From the NCBI GenBank assembly GCA_046538485.1, contig JBKHIT010000064.1, positions 1-26,111 of the forward strand: 26,111 nucleotides of DNA, written 5' to 3'. Position numbers and translations under genes: made by a program. Positions 8,158 to 17,544 of this stretch are shown in pieces (within the stretch, counting starts at the first letter, position 1; each line of letters starts with the position of its first letter). A model generated the notes under the pieces. It was given only the letters and a program-made list of their open reading frames with translations. It was not told the origin of the DNA and did not search any database. Origin of the DNA: Candidatus Brocadiia bacterium (GTDB lineage Bacteria > Planctomycetota > Brocadiia > SM23-32).

Positions 8158-9573
8158 ATGTCCAATGAACCCGCCAGACAGCCCAACGTTCTTTTCATAC
8201 TCGCCGACGATATGGGATACGGCGATATGGCCCACTACGGCAATCCGATCATCGATACGCCCAATCTGGACCAACTGGCGCGGGATGGCGTTACCCTTAC
8301 TCAACACTATTCCGCTTCGCCACTCTGTGCTCCGGCTCGCGCCGCGCTTCTGACCGGACGGTACAATCACCGGACCGGGGCTGTCGATGTGCCGTCGAAC
8401 CGCGGGCTGGACCGATTTGCCATCGAAGAAACGACAGTCGCTGATGTCTTCGTAAACGCCGGCTACCCCACTGCACTCATCGGGAAATGGCATAACGGCA
8501 TGCATGACATGCGTTATCATCCGAACAATCGCGGGTTCCAGCATTTCTATGGTCTCTTTGGTGCAATGGACTACTTCAACTGGACGCTGGACCGCAACGG
8601 GACCCCCGATCGCGCCGACGGACGCTATCTGACCGAGGTCTTGTCGGACGAAGCTGTGGGGTTTGTTGACGCTCATGCAAATGATCCATTCTTCCTTTAC
8701 CTGGCGTACAACGCTCCGCACAAACCTTTGCAGGCGCCGGAAGAAATTATCAAGAGGTATCGCGCGAGTGGGGACCTAACCGAAGAGGTTGCTACGCTTT
8801 ACGCCATGATCGAATCCATGGATGCTGGCATCGGCCGTGTACTTGGGGCCCTTACCAAAAACGGGCTCGACGAGAACACGATCATCGTCTTCACGTCGGA
8901 TAACGGACCCGTTCTCCGCGGTAATCTTGATCGCTACAATGGTCCGTTCCGGGGTCAGAAAGGACAGGCCTGGGAAGGAGGAATTCGCGTGCCCGGTGTC
9001 GTGCGGTGGCCCGGCCATTTGCCATCCGGGGAACAGAGTGATGAAATGGTGCATTTCTGCGACTGGTTGCCGACTCTGGCCTCGATGGCCAACATTGCTT
9101 TACCCGATGATCTGGAGCTGGACGGGTACGACGTCACGTGCCGTTTGGAAGGAAAATCCGGGGATATCCCGGACGTGCGATTCTGGCAACGCAACCGGTA
9201 TGAACCAGTGCCCCGTTGCAATGCCGCCATGCGGGACGGGGACTGGAAACTCCACTGGCCGATGCGCGACGGCGCCGACATCAAGGATCCCGCCGACCAG
9301 GCATTCTATGAGCACACCGTGAAAGGCGCTGCCCACTGGCTGATGGATATTGATCCAGATCTCCCCCAGCGTGAGATGGGACCGGAACCGGAGGTCAATC
9401 TGTTCAATCTTGCCGAAGATCCCGGTGAGGGGAACGACCTTTCCGACGAACATCCAGAGCGAGTCGAGAGAATGCAGCATCGCTGGGACGAATGGTTCGA
9501 GGAGATGAAGACAGAATGGCGCGGGGCGCGTGAGAAAATCGAGAACAACGCGCAGCTTCCTTCTCCGCAGTGA
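8158..9573 (+). CDS. Cys-type (formylglycine-dependent) sulfatase, family S1
   Basis: PNVLFILADDMG, CAPARAALLTG (CxPxR), GKWH, APH, SDNG, KG...EGGIRVP, DPGE; GGAG upstream; no signal peptide. Confidence 0.95.
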   Translation: MSNEPARQPNVLFILADDMGYGDMAHYGNPIIDTPNLDQLARDGVTLTQHYSASPLCAPARAALLTGRYNHRTGAVDVPSNRGLDRFAIEETTVADVFVNAGYPTALIGKWHNGMHDMRYHPNNRGFQHFYGLFGAMDYFNWTLDRNGTPDRADGRYLTEVLSDEAVGFVDAHANDPFFLYLAYNAPHKPLQAPEEIIKRYRASGDLTEEVATLYAMIESMDAGIGRVLGALTKNGLDENTIIVFTSDNGPVLRGNLDRYNGPFRGQKGQAWEGGIRVPGVVRWPGHLPSGEQSDEMVHFCDWLPTLASMANIALPDDLELDGYDVTCRLEGKSGDIPDVRFWQRNRYEPVPRCNAAMRDGDWKLHWPMRDGADIKDPADQAFYEHTVKGAAHWLMDIDPDLPQREMGPEPEVNLFNLAEDPGEGNDLSDEHPERVERMQHRWDEWFEEMKTEWRGAREKIENNAQLPSPQ

Positions 9574-9672
9574 ACAACAAATAGCCTTTACTTGATAGGA
9601 AACGGCACTGATTACGCGAACCCCACCTCTATGCACGCACGCTATTGCGACAGGGAGGAGAAAAATACCGTA

Positions 9673-11046
9673 ATGGGCAACTCAAAGATTACCAACGGAC
9701 CTCGCCGAGTGCTTTTTGTCGACAATACGTTGACTGAACGCTTTCGAGGAGCAGCTCGACTGAAACTCCACCACCCACGGCGGGAGGAAATCGTTATGAC
9801 CTTCGACCGTCCCTGGGAAGGCAATACATCGCTGTATGGAGCAATCATCAAAACACAAAATGGATACCGCATGTACTATCGCGGCATGCATATCGAAGGC
9901 GGACCGGGGGGCGAAACGCCTCATGCCCCCGTGGTATGCCTGGCGGAAAGCCCCAACGGTCTCGAATGGAACCGAAAAACGGTGGGGCTGATCGAGTTCA
10001 ATGGATCAAAAGACAACAACATCGTCTGGAACGGCGAGGGAGCGGGCGCGTTCGTACCGTTCCTGGACCAAAACCCCGGGGCCAAACCGGAGGCGCAATA
10101 CAAAGCCGTCGGGAAGGGGCAGGGGCCGAACGGTCGCACGCTGCTGGCATTCCAATCGCCCGATGGCTTGCGCTGGGAAAAAATGCAGGAGGAACCGATA
10201 CTCCCCCACTCCAGTGTCAGCGGAAAAGCTTTTGACTCGCAAAACGTCGCATTCTGGGACGCCGAGCGGGAGGAGTATCGGGTCTATTTCCGTGATTGGG
10301 TCAATGGCAAGGTGCGCGGCATCAAAACCGCCACCTCGAAAAACTTTACGGATTGGACCGAGCCCGAATGGATCAAGTGGGAACCTGAGGCTCCGCTGGT
10401 GCACCTCTACACAAATGCCGTGCAGCCGTATCCGCGGGCTCCTCACCTGCTTGTTGGTTTTCCCGCCCGATTCCAACCAGACCGTGAAAGCATGGTTGAG
10501 CCGCTGCTGATAACCTCCCGTGACGGCCGGACGTTCCATCGCTGGGAAGAGGCATTGATCCGGCCGGGCCGGAACGCGGACCGCTGGCACAACCGAAGTA
10601 ACTACGTGCAGACCGGCATCATGATCACACCCAGCCCCTTGCCCGGCGAAGATGAAGAGCTATCCATATTTACCAATGAGGACTACTACAAGGGCAAGGA
10701 TACGCGATTTCGCCGGTACAGCTGGCGTCTTGACGGTTTCGCATCGTTGCATGCGTCGGCGGACGGTGGTGAAGTGATCACCAAACCAATAGTTTTCGAG
10801 GGCCAGCAGCTGCGGTTGAACTACAGCACGGCCGTCGCCGGCCACATCCGGGTGGAAATTCAGAATGCGGACGGTGAACCGATCGAAGGCTTTGCACTCG
10901 ACGATATGGATCCCATGTATGGCAACCAGCTGGACGATACCATCGAGTGGCGCGGCGGTTCGGACCTCTCCAAACTCGCCGGCCAGGCCGTCCGCCTGCG
11001 TTGCGAGCTTAAGGACGCCGACGTTTTCTCCATCCGTTTCGCATGA
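9673..11046 (+). CDS. Uncharacterised beta-propeller glycosidase-like protein, paralogue 2
   Basis: RRVLFVD, RPWEG, YRMYY, FDSQNVAFWD, LYTN, RRYSWRLDGF, RLRCELKDADVFSIRF. Start placed at ATG 9673 (GGAGG upstream, aligns with paralogue N-termini); exact start uncertain. Confidence 0.75.
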   Translation: MGNSKITNGPRRVLFVDNTLTERFRGAARLKLHHPRREEIVMTFDRPWEGNTSLYGAIIKTQNGYRMYYRGMHIEGGPGGETPHAPVVCLAESPNGLEWNRKTVGLIEFNGSKDNNIVWNGEGAGAFVPFLDQNPGAKPEAQYKAVGKGQGPNGRTLLAFQSPDGLRWEKMQEEPILPHSSVSGKAFDSQNVAFWDAEREEYRVYFRDWVNGKVRGIKTATSKNFTDWTEPEWIKWEPEAPLVHLYTNAVQPYPRAPHLLVGFPARFQPDRESMVEPLLITSRDGRTFHRWEEALIRPGRNADRWHNRSNYVQTGIMITPSPLPGEDEELSIFTNEDYYKGKDTRFRRYSWRLDGFASLHASADGGEVITKPIVFEGQQLRLNYSTAVAGHIRVEIQNADGEPIEGFALDDMDPMYGNQLDDTIEWRGGSDLSKLAGQAVRLRCELKDADVFSIRFA

Positions 11047-11195
11047 GCCCTGAAACCGAAAACTATTGGGAGATCGAACTGGCCGGAGAGGAAATTCTCA
11101 TCCAGTTTCGTCTGCGATGCGCCAAACTTTTTGCCTATCGCCTCACCGGCGAGTCCCTGTCGGACGGTGAAGCCGACGTAAAAACAATTATGTAG
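11043..11195 (+). pseudogene. 50-codon remnant carrying a C-terminal tail like that of the propeller family
   Basis: ATG overlaps the upstream stop (ATGA). Reads MSPETENYWEIELAGEEILIQFRLRCAKLFAYRLTGESLSDGEADVKTIM*; ELAGEEILIQFRLRCAKLFAYRL aligns with ELAGQEVRLKFLLKDADLFALQF of paralogue 3. Confidence 0.55.
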
Positions 11196-11450
11196 CGGGT
11201 ATAAACTGTGTCCCTGCTGTGTATATCCGGTTCGGGGTCACACTCCCAACCCTGCGTCGGGGGATGAATGATTCGCCACTACGTGCGCGCTTTGCGTCGT
11301 ACGCCCTCCATCGGTCCTGTGCCGATGGGGGCAACGCTCAGATAAAGACATTCTATCAGGAGTTCTGGGTCTCTGTCTCAGAATTCCGATAGAGATTTCC
11401 GGTGGAGAGCCGTTATTCTTCACTCACAGAACTCTATTAATTGAAGATAA

Positions 11451-11879
11451 ATGAACAAAGATACACTACCCTCGCACCACAACGACGAAGAGACTGTTGC
11501 ACTCTACCATTTCGATGAGGGGAGCGGCAACGAAGCGCACAGCGCCTGCGGAGACCCTGCTCTGACATTGCGTGCCAAACAGGCCAGTTGGACCGAACGC
11601 CCCGGCGGCTGGATCTTTTCCCTGGCCAACCATGACCCGCTGTTTGAATCAGGGGACGAGAAGGGAGCGGACTACAATGCACTGGAAGAATACGGCGTCG
11701 CCCCGTCCGCCCGCTTCATGGGGTCACTGGCCGGGCGGGATCCCCAGCACGACACGGCCGGAATGATGTATCCCCGTGACGATCGACCGGGAACCCTTTA
11801 TGCCGGATGGGCTGGGGCAATTTTTTTCGGGCAGATCGGCGAAATCAGAGTTTCTGATGTACGGAGGTATTCACATTGA
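11451..11879 (+). pseudogene. LamG/concanavalin-A-like protein, probably internally deleted or chimeric
   Basis: LamG-type first motif DEETVALYHFDEGSG and last motif FFGQIGEIRVSDVRRY, but only 142 aa and no recognisable central T(I/V)EAW-type strands. Confidence 0.5.
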
Positions 11880-11896
11880 ATGAAAACGGCACAGAA

Positions 11897-12874
11897 ATGG
11901 CAGAAAGCGTAGGTGAAAACATTCGTAAAACGGCCTGGCTGCGAGATGCCCGCTGGGGCGTGCTCATGCACTTCCTCACTGAACCCGAAACAACAAGCGA
12001 AGAATGGAACCGGAAGGTTGATAACTTCGACGTCGACACCCTCGCCGATCAGCTCGCGGACGTCGGGGCCGGCTATTTTTTCATCACTCTGGGACAGGGA
12101 TCCGGTCATTATTGTGCGCCAAACGAAACGTATGACCGTATCACCGGGATCAGCCCCAGCAAATGTTCGCGCCGCGATCTCGTGTCCGATCTCCACGCTG
12201 CTCTCTCTTCCCGGGACATCGCCCTCATGGCCTATGTCCCGGCGGACGGTTCCTGGGCGGACCACGAGGCGAGGCGGCAGTTGAAACTGACCGCCCACTG
12301 GGGCGACGATTCCGACCACGATTGGCAGCGCGGCCCGCACTGGAGCCGTTACCGGCTGCCCGAGTTTCAAGAAAAATGGGAAGCCGTATGCCGCGATTGG
12401 TCATTGCGTTTTGGCGATAAGGTAGGTGGCTGGTGGGTTGACGGCGCCTACGCGAGAGAATACCGTTATCCCAAGAATGACCCGCCCAATCTGCGGACAT
12501 ACGCCGACGCTCTGCGAGCCGGCAACCCCGACGCCCTGGTGGCATTCAATCCGGGAGTCAACACCCCTGTCGTGGCCTACTCGGAGTACGAGGACTTCAC
12601 GGCGGGGGAAATTTCCAGAGCCCTGCCGGAGTGTCCGGGTGGCTTCGTGGAAACGGACAACGGCCATCGCGAACTGTATCACGTGCTCACATATTTGGGA
12701 ACGTCCTGGGGACGGGGTGAACCGCGTTTCCCTGAGGCGCTGGTAAAAGGCTACACCCGGCATATTACCGCGAAAGGCGGAATAATAACGTGGGATGTCC
12801 CATTCAAACCCGACGGCACGATTGAGAAACCGTTTCTCCAACAGCTCAGGGCTATGGACAATGTCCTGAATTAA
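11897..12874 (+). CDS. Alpha-L-fucosidase-like (GH29-like) TIM-barrel protein, copy A
   Basis: RWGVLMHF, FDVDTLADQLADVGAGYF, RRDLVSDL, GWWVDG (cf. GH29 nucleophile WFDG), AGNPDALVAFNPG, DFTAGE. Start is ATG 11897 or TTG 11876. Confidence 0.75.
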   Translation: MAESVGENIRKTAWLRDARWGVLMHFLTEPETTSEEWNRKVDNFDVDTLADQLADVGAGYFFITLGQGSGHYCAPNETYDRITGISPSKCSRRDLVSDLHAALSSRDIALMAYVPADGSWADHEARRQLKLTAHWGDDSDHDWQRGPHWSRYRLPEFQEKWEAVCRDWSLRFGDKVGGWWVDGAYAREYRYPKNDPPNLRTYADALRAGNPDALVAFNPGVNTPVVAYSEYEDFTAGEISRALPECPGGFVETDNGHRELYHVLTYLGTSWGRGEPRFPEALVKGYTRHITAKGGIITWDVPFKPDGTIEKPFLQQLRAMDNVLN

Positions 12875-12971
12875 GCGGGACTCCACTCAGGTTAGACGGT
12901 TGCTCTCGCAAATACACTTGAAATGGGAAAAGCCAACATGAAAACTATGGCAAAACTGATGGAAACCGCAG

Positions 12972-13328
12972 GCCAGATGGAAGAAAAACCGGCTCGTTGC
13001 TCTGGAGTCACCCGCTGAAGGCATGTGCTCCGTCCGTTTGAGTGGCCGTGCGACCAAATACATGCGCATGAATTACACCACAGATCCTGGCGGATGGATC
13101 CGCGCCGAAATCGTAACCGGCGATGGCTTGTGGTCCCCAACAGGTCCGACCCCAAAGGACGGCTAAACGTTCAAAGACTGTGACGTGCTGAATAGTGAGG
13201 CTCTCTCCGAAACCGTCACCTGGAACAGGAAAAGCCAGCTGCCACCGGCCAGCGATGAGCAATATCCATATGCGGTAATTCGACTTCACATGATGCGCGC
13301 CAGGCTTTTTGCCATCGAATGGGAATAG
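12972..13328 (+). pseudogene. Decayed C-terminal domain of a propeller-family relative, with an internal stop
   Basis: One frame reads ARWKKNRLVALESPAEGMCS...MRMNYTTDPGGWIRAEIV...KDG*TFKDCDVLNSEALSETVTWNRKSQL...VIRLHMMRARLFAIEWE* (TAA at 13164-13166). This parallels LNYSTAVAGHIRVEI, DGFTVNDC...RTVKW and VRLRIVLTDADLYAIRF of the intact paralogues. Confidence 0.7.
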
Positions 13329-13369
13329 AGGCAAATTGAAACAACGTTTACAGATAGGAGGACACAATC

Positions 13370-14353
13370 ATGAAACATAATTCCAAGACGCCTGACACAA
13401 CAAATGATTCTGCAGCACACAGGACGGAATGGATGTATGAGCGTAAGGTGGGACTGACCACGCATTATTTCCCGCGTAAGGTCGAGGAAGTCGATGCGGT
13501 GACCGAGCGTTTTGACGTTGAACGTGTGGCCGAACAGTGTGAAAAGGCCGGCGCCGGCTGGTTTATGCTCACTCTCCATCACCAGCCCTGGCTGATGCAG
13601 GCGCCCAACGAGACGCTCGATCGGATTACGAAGACAAATGCTTACACGGCGAAGCGTGACCTGGCCGCGGATCTTTACGATGCACTTTCCGGCCGAAACA
13701 TCCGCATGATGTTGTATCTGAACCTGCGTATCGATCCTGATGGGGCATGTCTGCCTGAGATCAAGAAGGCTTTGGGTCCTTGCCCGCCGGAAGACGAGAC
13801 GATCGATCAGGTTGCTGAAGTCTACCGCGAATTCGCCGAACGCTACGGCCGGCGCGTATCCGGTTGGTGGGTGGACGGCGTCTGGCGGCCGGAATTTAAA
13901 GCGCAGCCTGAGGAGAAACGCGAAGATTGGTTCGGCAAACTGGCCGCGGCTCTCAGAGCGGGCAATCCGGACGCCGCTGTGGCCTTTAATGCCGGCGTGA
14001 ATGAGGCGTTCATCCGTTATTCGGTTCAAAACGATTACACGGCCGGTGAGTCCAACGAACTGGTCGACCCGCCCACCGAGCGATTTGTTGATGGCGCACA
14101 ATGGCACGCCTGGCCTCATCTCGGACACTGGTGGGGGTCGGGTGGAGCGCGGTTCGATAACGAAGAGCTCTGCGACTGGGCGAGACGCGTCGCGAACGGT
14201 GGTGGGGTCATGAGTTTCGAAGTGGGTTCCCGGGGTATCACAAAATCGGGTCGGAATGACGACAACCCGGTGCTGGAAGGCCCGATCGGGGCCATCGATC
14301 CGCGTCAGGTGCAGCAGATAAAACAGGTCAGCGAAACCGTCCGCAAAAGATAA
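13370..14353 (+). CDS. Alpha-L-fucosidase-like (GH29-like) TIM-barrel protein, copy B
   Basis: Paralogue of 11897-12874: FDVERVAEQCEKAGAGWF, APNETLDRIT, KRDL, GWWVDG, LRAGNPDAAVAFNAG, DYTAGE; AGGAGG upstream. Confidence 0.75.
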   Translation: MKHNSKTPDTTNDSAAHRTEWMYERKVGLTTHYFPRKVEEVDAVTERFDVERVAEQCEKAGAGWFMLTLHHQPWLMQAPNETLDRITKTNAYTAKRDLAADLYDALSGRNIRMMLYLNLRIDPDGACLPEIKKALGPCPPEDETIDQVAEVYREFAERYGRRVSGWWVDGVWRPEFKAQPEEKREDWFGKLAAALRAGNPDAAVAFNAGVNEAFIRYSVQNDYTAGESNELVDPPTERFVDGAQWHAWPHLGHWWGSGGARFDNEELCDWARRVANGGGVMSFEVGSRGITKSGRNDDNPVLEGPIGAIDPRQVQQIKQVSETVRKR

Positions 14354-14581
14354 GCGGCAAGAAGGATGAACCATTTGATGTGATTGGACTTCCGAGTACG
14401 GGACAGCAGGGGGGGCTACGATACCTGGCGCTGTTGAAGGCGGATCTCGTTCCCGGCCGAGTGATCCGTGAGCGGACTGGACTTCAGACGGAGACTGGAG
14501 TTCAGAACGCGGTCCGACCCCGGACAACGCAATCGGGAGCACACGTTCAGCGTGCGTTACACTCAGCCATTCAGGTTTAAA

Positions 14582-14680
14582 CGTCATTGCGAGGCGGCGT
14601 AGCCGCCGCGGCAATCCCACTGTTGGGTCGACAGAACCAGGAGATTGCTTCGTCGATCTTGCGATGGGCTCGCGATGATG
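14582..14680. repeat. GTCATTGCGAG-type palindromic intergenic element
   Basis: CGTCATTGCGAG...GCAATC...GATTGC...CTCGCGATGATG nested inverted repeats, with an internal GGCGGC-GTA-GCCGCC hairpin. Confidence 0.75.
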
Positions 14681-14933
14681 CCTGTAGTCGGGTTCACAAG
14701 CTGGAGAGCCTGTGCCAAATGCGTTTCTCAACCGCCTCAAGTCCAGTTTCGCCTGCCGGGAGCGGGCTCAGCTGAACTCGAGTCTCCATGCCCGTGAGCG
14801 AATACTTCCGGGGACGGGATGGGGGGGTGCAAAATACCCGAGATGCTGCTGTAATCGAACCGGCTTTCAAATACGGTTTCCCTGTCGTTGACCCCAGATC
14901 CCGCCCCCTGGTGCTCCTCAGAATATTCTGGCT

Positions 14934-14962
14934 TTGCGTTGAGGCTGTTGGTACGCTACATT
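14934..14962 (+). promoter_or_regulatory. Candidate sigma70-type promoter
   Basis: TTGCGT-N17-TACATT, ~40 nt upstream of the oxidoreductase start; motif match only. Confidence 0.25.
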
Positions 14963-15002
14963 CCTCGACTACTTGCTCTTTTCAATACCACGGAGAAGCA
15001 TG

Positions 15003-16037
15003 ATGGCTGATGAAACGATTCGGTTGGGTGTTGTCGGCACACGTAACATTGGAAAAGGTCATATCCGCAACGCCGCTGATACGGAAGATGCTGAAGTGGT
15101 GGCCGTTGCCGAACTGGACGGACAGTTACGCCTGGAGACAATGGCATCGTTCGACATCGCCGATGGGTATGATTCTGCTGATAAACTTTTGGCCCGTGAT
15201 GATATCGATGGTGTTGTCCTGGCCGTTCCCAACCAACTGCATGCGCCATTAACCGTTCAGGCGTTGCGGCAGGGGAAGCACGTTCTGGTGGAGAAACCCA
15301 TGTCGCGAAACGTCGCCGAAGCCGAACAGATGATTGAGGCGCGCGATGAAAGCGGCAGGGTGTTAATGGTGGGCATGAACCAGCGGTTTAACCCCGCCCA
15401 TCAGCTGATTAAGAACGCAATGGATGAAGGAGCTATCGGCAATTTTCAGTACGGTCGGACCTCTTGGACACAGGATGCTCCGCACGAGGGATTATGGGGG
15501 AGGGGCGACTGGTTTCTCTCCGACAGTTTGGCCGGCGGAGGACCCATGATCGATCTGGGAATTCATCGTCTTGATCTCGCTCTCTACTTCCTCGGTTTCC
15601 CCGAAATAAAAAGCGTCGTCGGTATTTGCAACTCAGGGATAGGACGGAAAGAAGCCAAAAAACGAGGGAAAAAATACGATATTGAAGATAGTGCCTTCGG
15701 TCTGATTCGCTTTGAAAACGGAAGCTGCCTCGAAGTTGAAGCAAGCTATTTCCTGAATACTGACAGTCCCGGACAGGATACCGTGCTATACGGTGTTGAT
15801 GGCATGGTACGGACATCAGCCGAATTTCCGCTCCAAACCAGGGGGCCAGAAGGATTGAGACCGCTTTCCGTCGAAGCGGAGGCGAATCATGCCACATCCT
15901 GCGTCGAGCATTTTGTCCGGGTTCTGCAGGGAAAAAATGAATTGATCCCAACGCCCGAACAGGGGCTGGAAGGGATGCGGATCATTGAGTCGATTTATCA
16001 GTCAGCACGGACGGGGGAACCTGTCTGTTTCTCGTAA
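15003..16037 (+). CDS. Gfo/Idh/MocA-family NAD(P)-dependent oxidoreductase
   Basis: IRLGVVGTRNIG, GKHVLVEKPM, VGMNQRF, GGGPMIDLGIHRLD, IYQSARTG; GGAG before tandem ATGs at 15000/15003. Confidence 0.93.
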   Translation: MADETIRLGVVGTRNIGKGHIRNAADTEDAEVVAVAELDGQLRLETMASFDIADGYDSADKLLARDDIDGVVLAVPNQLHAPLTVQALRQGKHVLVEKPMSRNVAEAEQMIEARDESGRVLMVGMNQRFNPAHQLIKNAMDEGAIGNFQYGRTSWTQDAPHEGLWGRGDWFLSDSLAGGGPMIDLGIHRLDLALYFLGFPEIKSVVGICNSGIGRKEAKKRGKKYDIEDSAFGLIRFENGSCLEVEASYFLNTDSPGQDTVLYGVDGMVRTSAEFPLQTRGPEGLRPLSVEAEANHATSCVEHFVRVLQGKNELIPTPEQGLEGMRIIESIYQSARTGEPVCFS

Positions 16038-16107
16038 AGGTATTGCTGAAGGAAACGAAAAAACGGTATTTTTCCCCTTCAAACGGGACAATTTGGGAGT
16101 CTTAACT

Positions 16108-17544
16108 GTGGCTAACAAAAACAAACCGAACATTCTATTCATCCTGACGGACGACCAGCGGTTCGATACGATCCATGCCCTGGGTAACGACGAGATTTCG
16201 ACGCCAAATCTCGATGCGCTGGCGGACGAGGGGACCACCTTCACCCATGCGTCTATTATGGGCGGAACGGCCCCGGCCGTCTGTATGCCCAGCCGGGGCA
16301 TGATAATGACAGGTCGGTATCTTTTCCGACTTCAGAGTAGAGGGCACACGATCCCCCCGGAGCAAAAAACCCTCCCCGAAACGCTGAAAGAGGCCGGCTA
16401 CCACACACACCATGTCGGAAAATGGCATCAGGATCGGGCATCGTTTAACCGGTGTTTCGACAGCGCCGCGCGGATTTTTGGTTTCGCGGATGGATGGTAC
16501 AAAACGTACGGAGGGCACTGGAACGTCCCTTTGCACGACTATGACCCGAGCGGCGAGTACCCTCACGAAAATGCCTATATCCTGGCGGAGAATAAAAAGA
16601 CGAAGCTGCCGGTTGAAGCGGGCGTTGGAGGCGTGCATTCGAATGAACTGTTCGTCGACGCAGCCGTGGATTTCCTGGATCAATATCAGAAGGGAGATCG
16701 ACCAGCGACAAATGCGGATAAACCGTTTTTCATGTACCTGAGTTTCGTCGCGCCGCACGATCCCCGCCAGTCTCCGAATGATTACGAGGAAATGTATTCC
16801 AGCGAGAGTGTCAGGTTGCCGGGCAACTTCATGCCACGACATCCTTTCGATAACGGGGAGCTCCGGATTCGGGATGAAGCTCTGGAAGCCTGGCCCCGCC
16901 GCCCTCATGCCATCCGGCGGCATATCGCCGATTACTACGCTCTCATCTCGCATCTTGACGCCCAGATCGGGCGCGTTATCGACCGATTGAAAGAATTGGG
17001 AGAATATGAAAATACCATCATTGTGCTGGCGGGAGACAACGGACTGGCCGTCGGACAACACGGCCTGATGGGAAAGCAGAATCTGTATGACCACAGCATC
17101 CGGGTTCCGCTAATTTTCCGGGGACCCGGTGTGCCGCAGAACGTGCGCTCGGACAGTCTGTGCTATCTTCTCGATGTTTTCCCGACCCTGTGCGATTGTC
17201 TCGGGCTTGAGGTGCCGGATTCGGCTGATGGTACCAGTTTGATGCCCGCCCTGAATTCTCCCGGCAAGCCGTTGCGACCTTCGCACTACTACGGGTACTG
17301 TTCGTGCCAACGAGCCGTCCGAGATTCCCGGTATAAACTGATTGAATATGCGGCGGACGGCCAGCGGAAGACCCAGCTTTTCGATTTGGACGAGGATCCC
17401 TGGGAATTGAGCAACCTGGCGGAGGATCCGAAGTACAATGAAAAAGTTGCTGAGTTACGGGAACAAGTGGTGGAATGGCGCGAAATGGCGGGTGATACTC
17501 GGGAGGAGGAACAGAGCTTTTGGGATGGAATGGATATTTTATGA
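16108..17544 (+). CDS. Cys-type sulfatase (choline-sulfatase-like S1)
   Basis: KPNILFILTDDQ, CMPSRGMIMTG, GKWH, APHDPR, GDNGLAVGQHGLMGKQNLY, DPWE. Start placed at GTG 16108 after GGAG. Confidence 0.93.
   Translation: MANKNKPNILFILTDDQRFDTIHALGNDEISTPNLDALADEGTTFTHASIMGGTAPAVCMPSRGMIMTGRYLFRLQSRGHTIPPEQKTLPETLKEAGYHTHHVGKWHQDRASFNRCFDSAARIFGFADGWYKTYGGHWNVPLHDYDPSGEYPHENAYILAENKKTKLPVEAGVGGVHSNELFVDAAVDFLDQYQKGDRPATNADKPFFMYLSFVAPHDPRQSPNDYEEMYSSESVRLPGNFMPRHPFDNGELRIRDEALEAWPRRPHAIRRHIADYYALISHLDAQIGRVIDRLKELGEYENTIIVLAGDNGLAVGQHGLMGKQNLYDHSIRVPLIFRGPGVPQNVRSDSLCYLLDVFPTLCDCLGLEVPDSADGTSLMPALNSPGKPLRPSHYYGYCSCQRAVRDSRYKLIEYAADGQRKTQLFDLDEDPWELSNLAEDPKYNEKVAELREQVVEWREMAGDTREEEQSFWDGMDIL

Noticed and set aside
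11305..11331. 10-bp GC-rich hairpin as an intrinsic terminator
   Set aside because: No U-tract on either side; function unsupported.
13164..13166. Stop-codon readthrough or recoding at the in-frame stop
   Set aside because: The codon is TAA, which terminates other genes here, and the fragment lacks its whole N-terminal domain; decay is the simpler explanation.
14382..14506. Three imperfect GA(C/T)TGGA(C/G)TTC repeats at 14382, 14475 and 14493
   Set aside because: Short and irregularly spaced; could be a decayed coding remnant, but no family is recognisable.
13286..14740. 484-aa minus-strand ORF
   Set aside because: Antisense shadow of the GH29-like gene running through a palindromic repeat; Pro/Arg/Ser-rich, no motifs.
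16135..17094. Long alternative-frame or antisense ORFs (e.g. 16135-17094, 7894-8721, 6651-7544, 856-1536, 19266-19943)
   Set aside because: They overlap well-supported genes and lack recognisable motifs; expected in GC-rich coding DNA.
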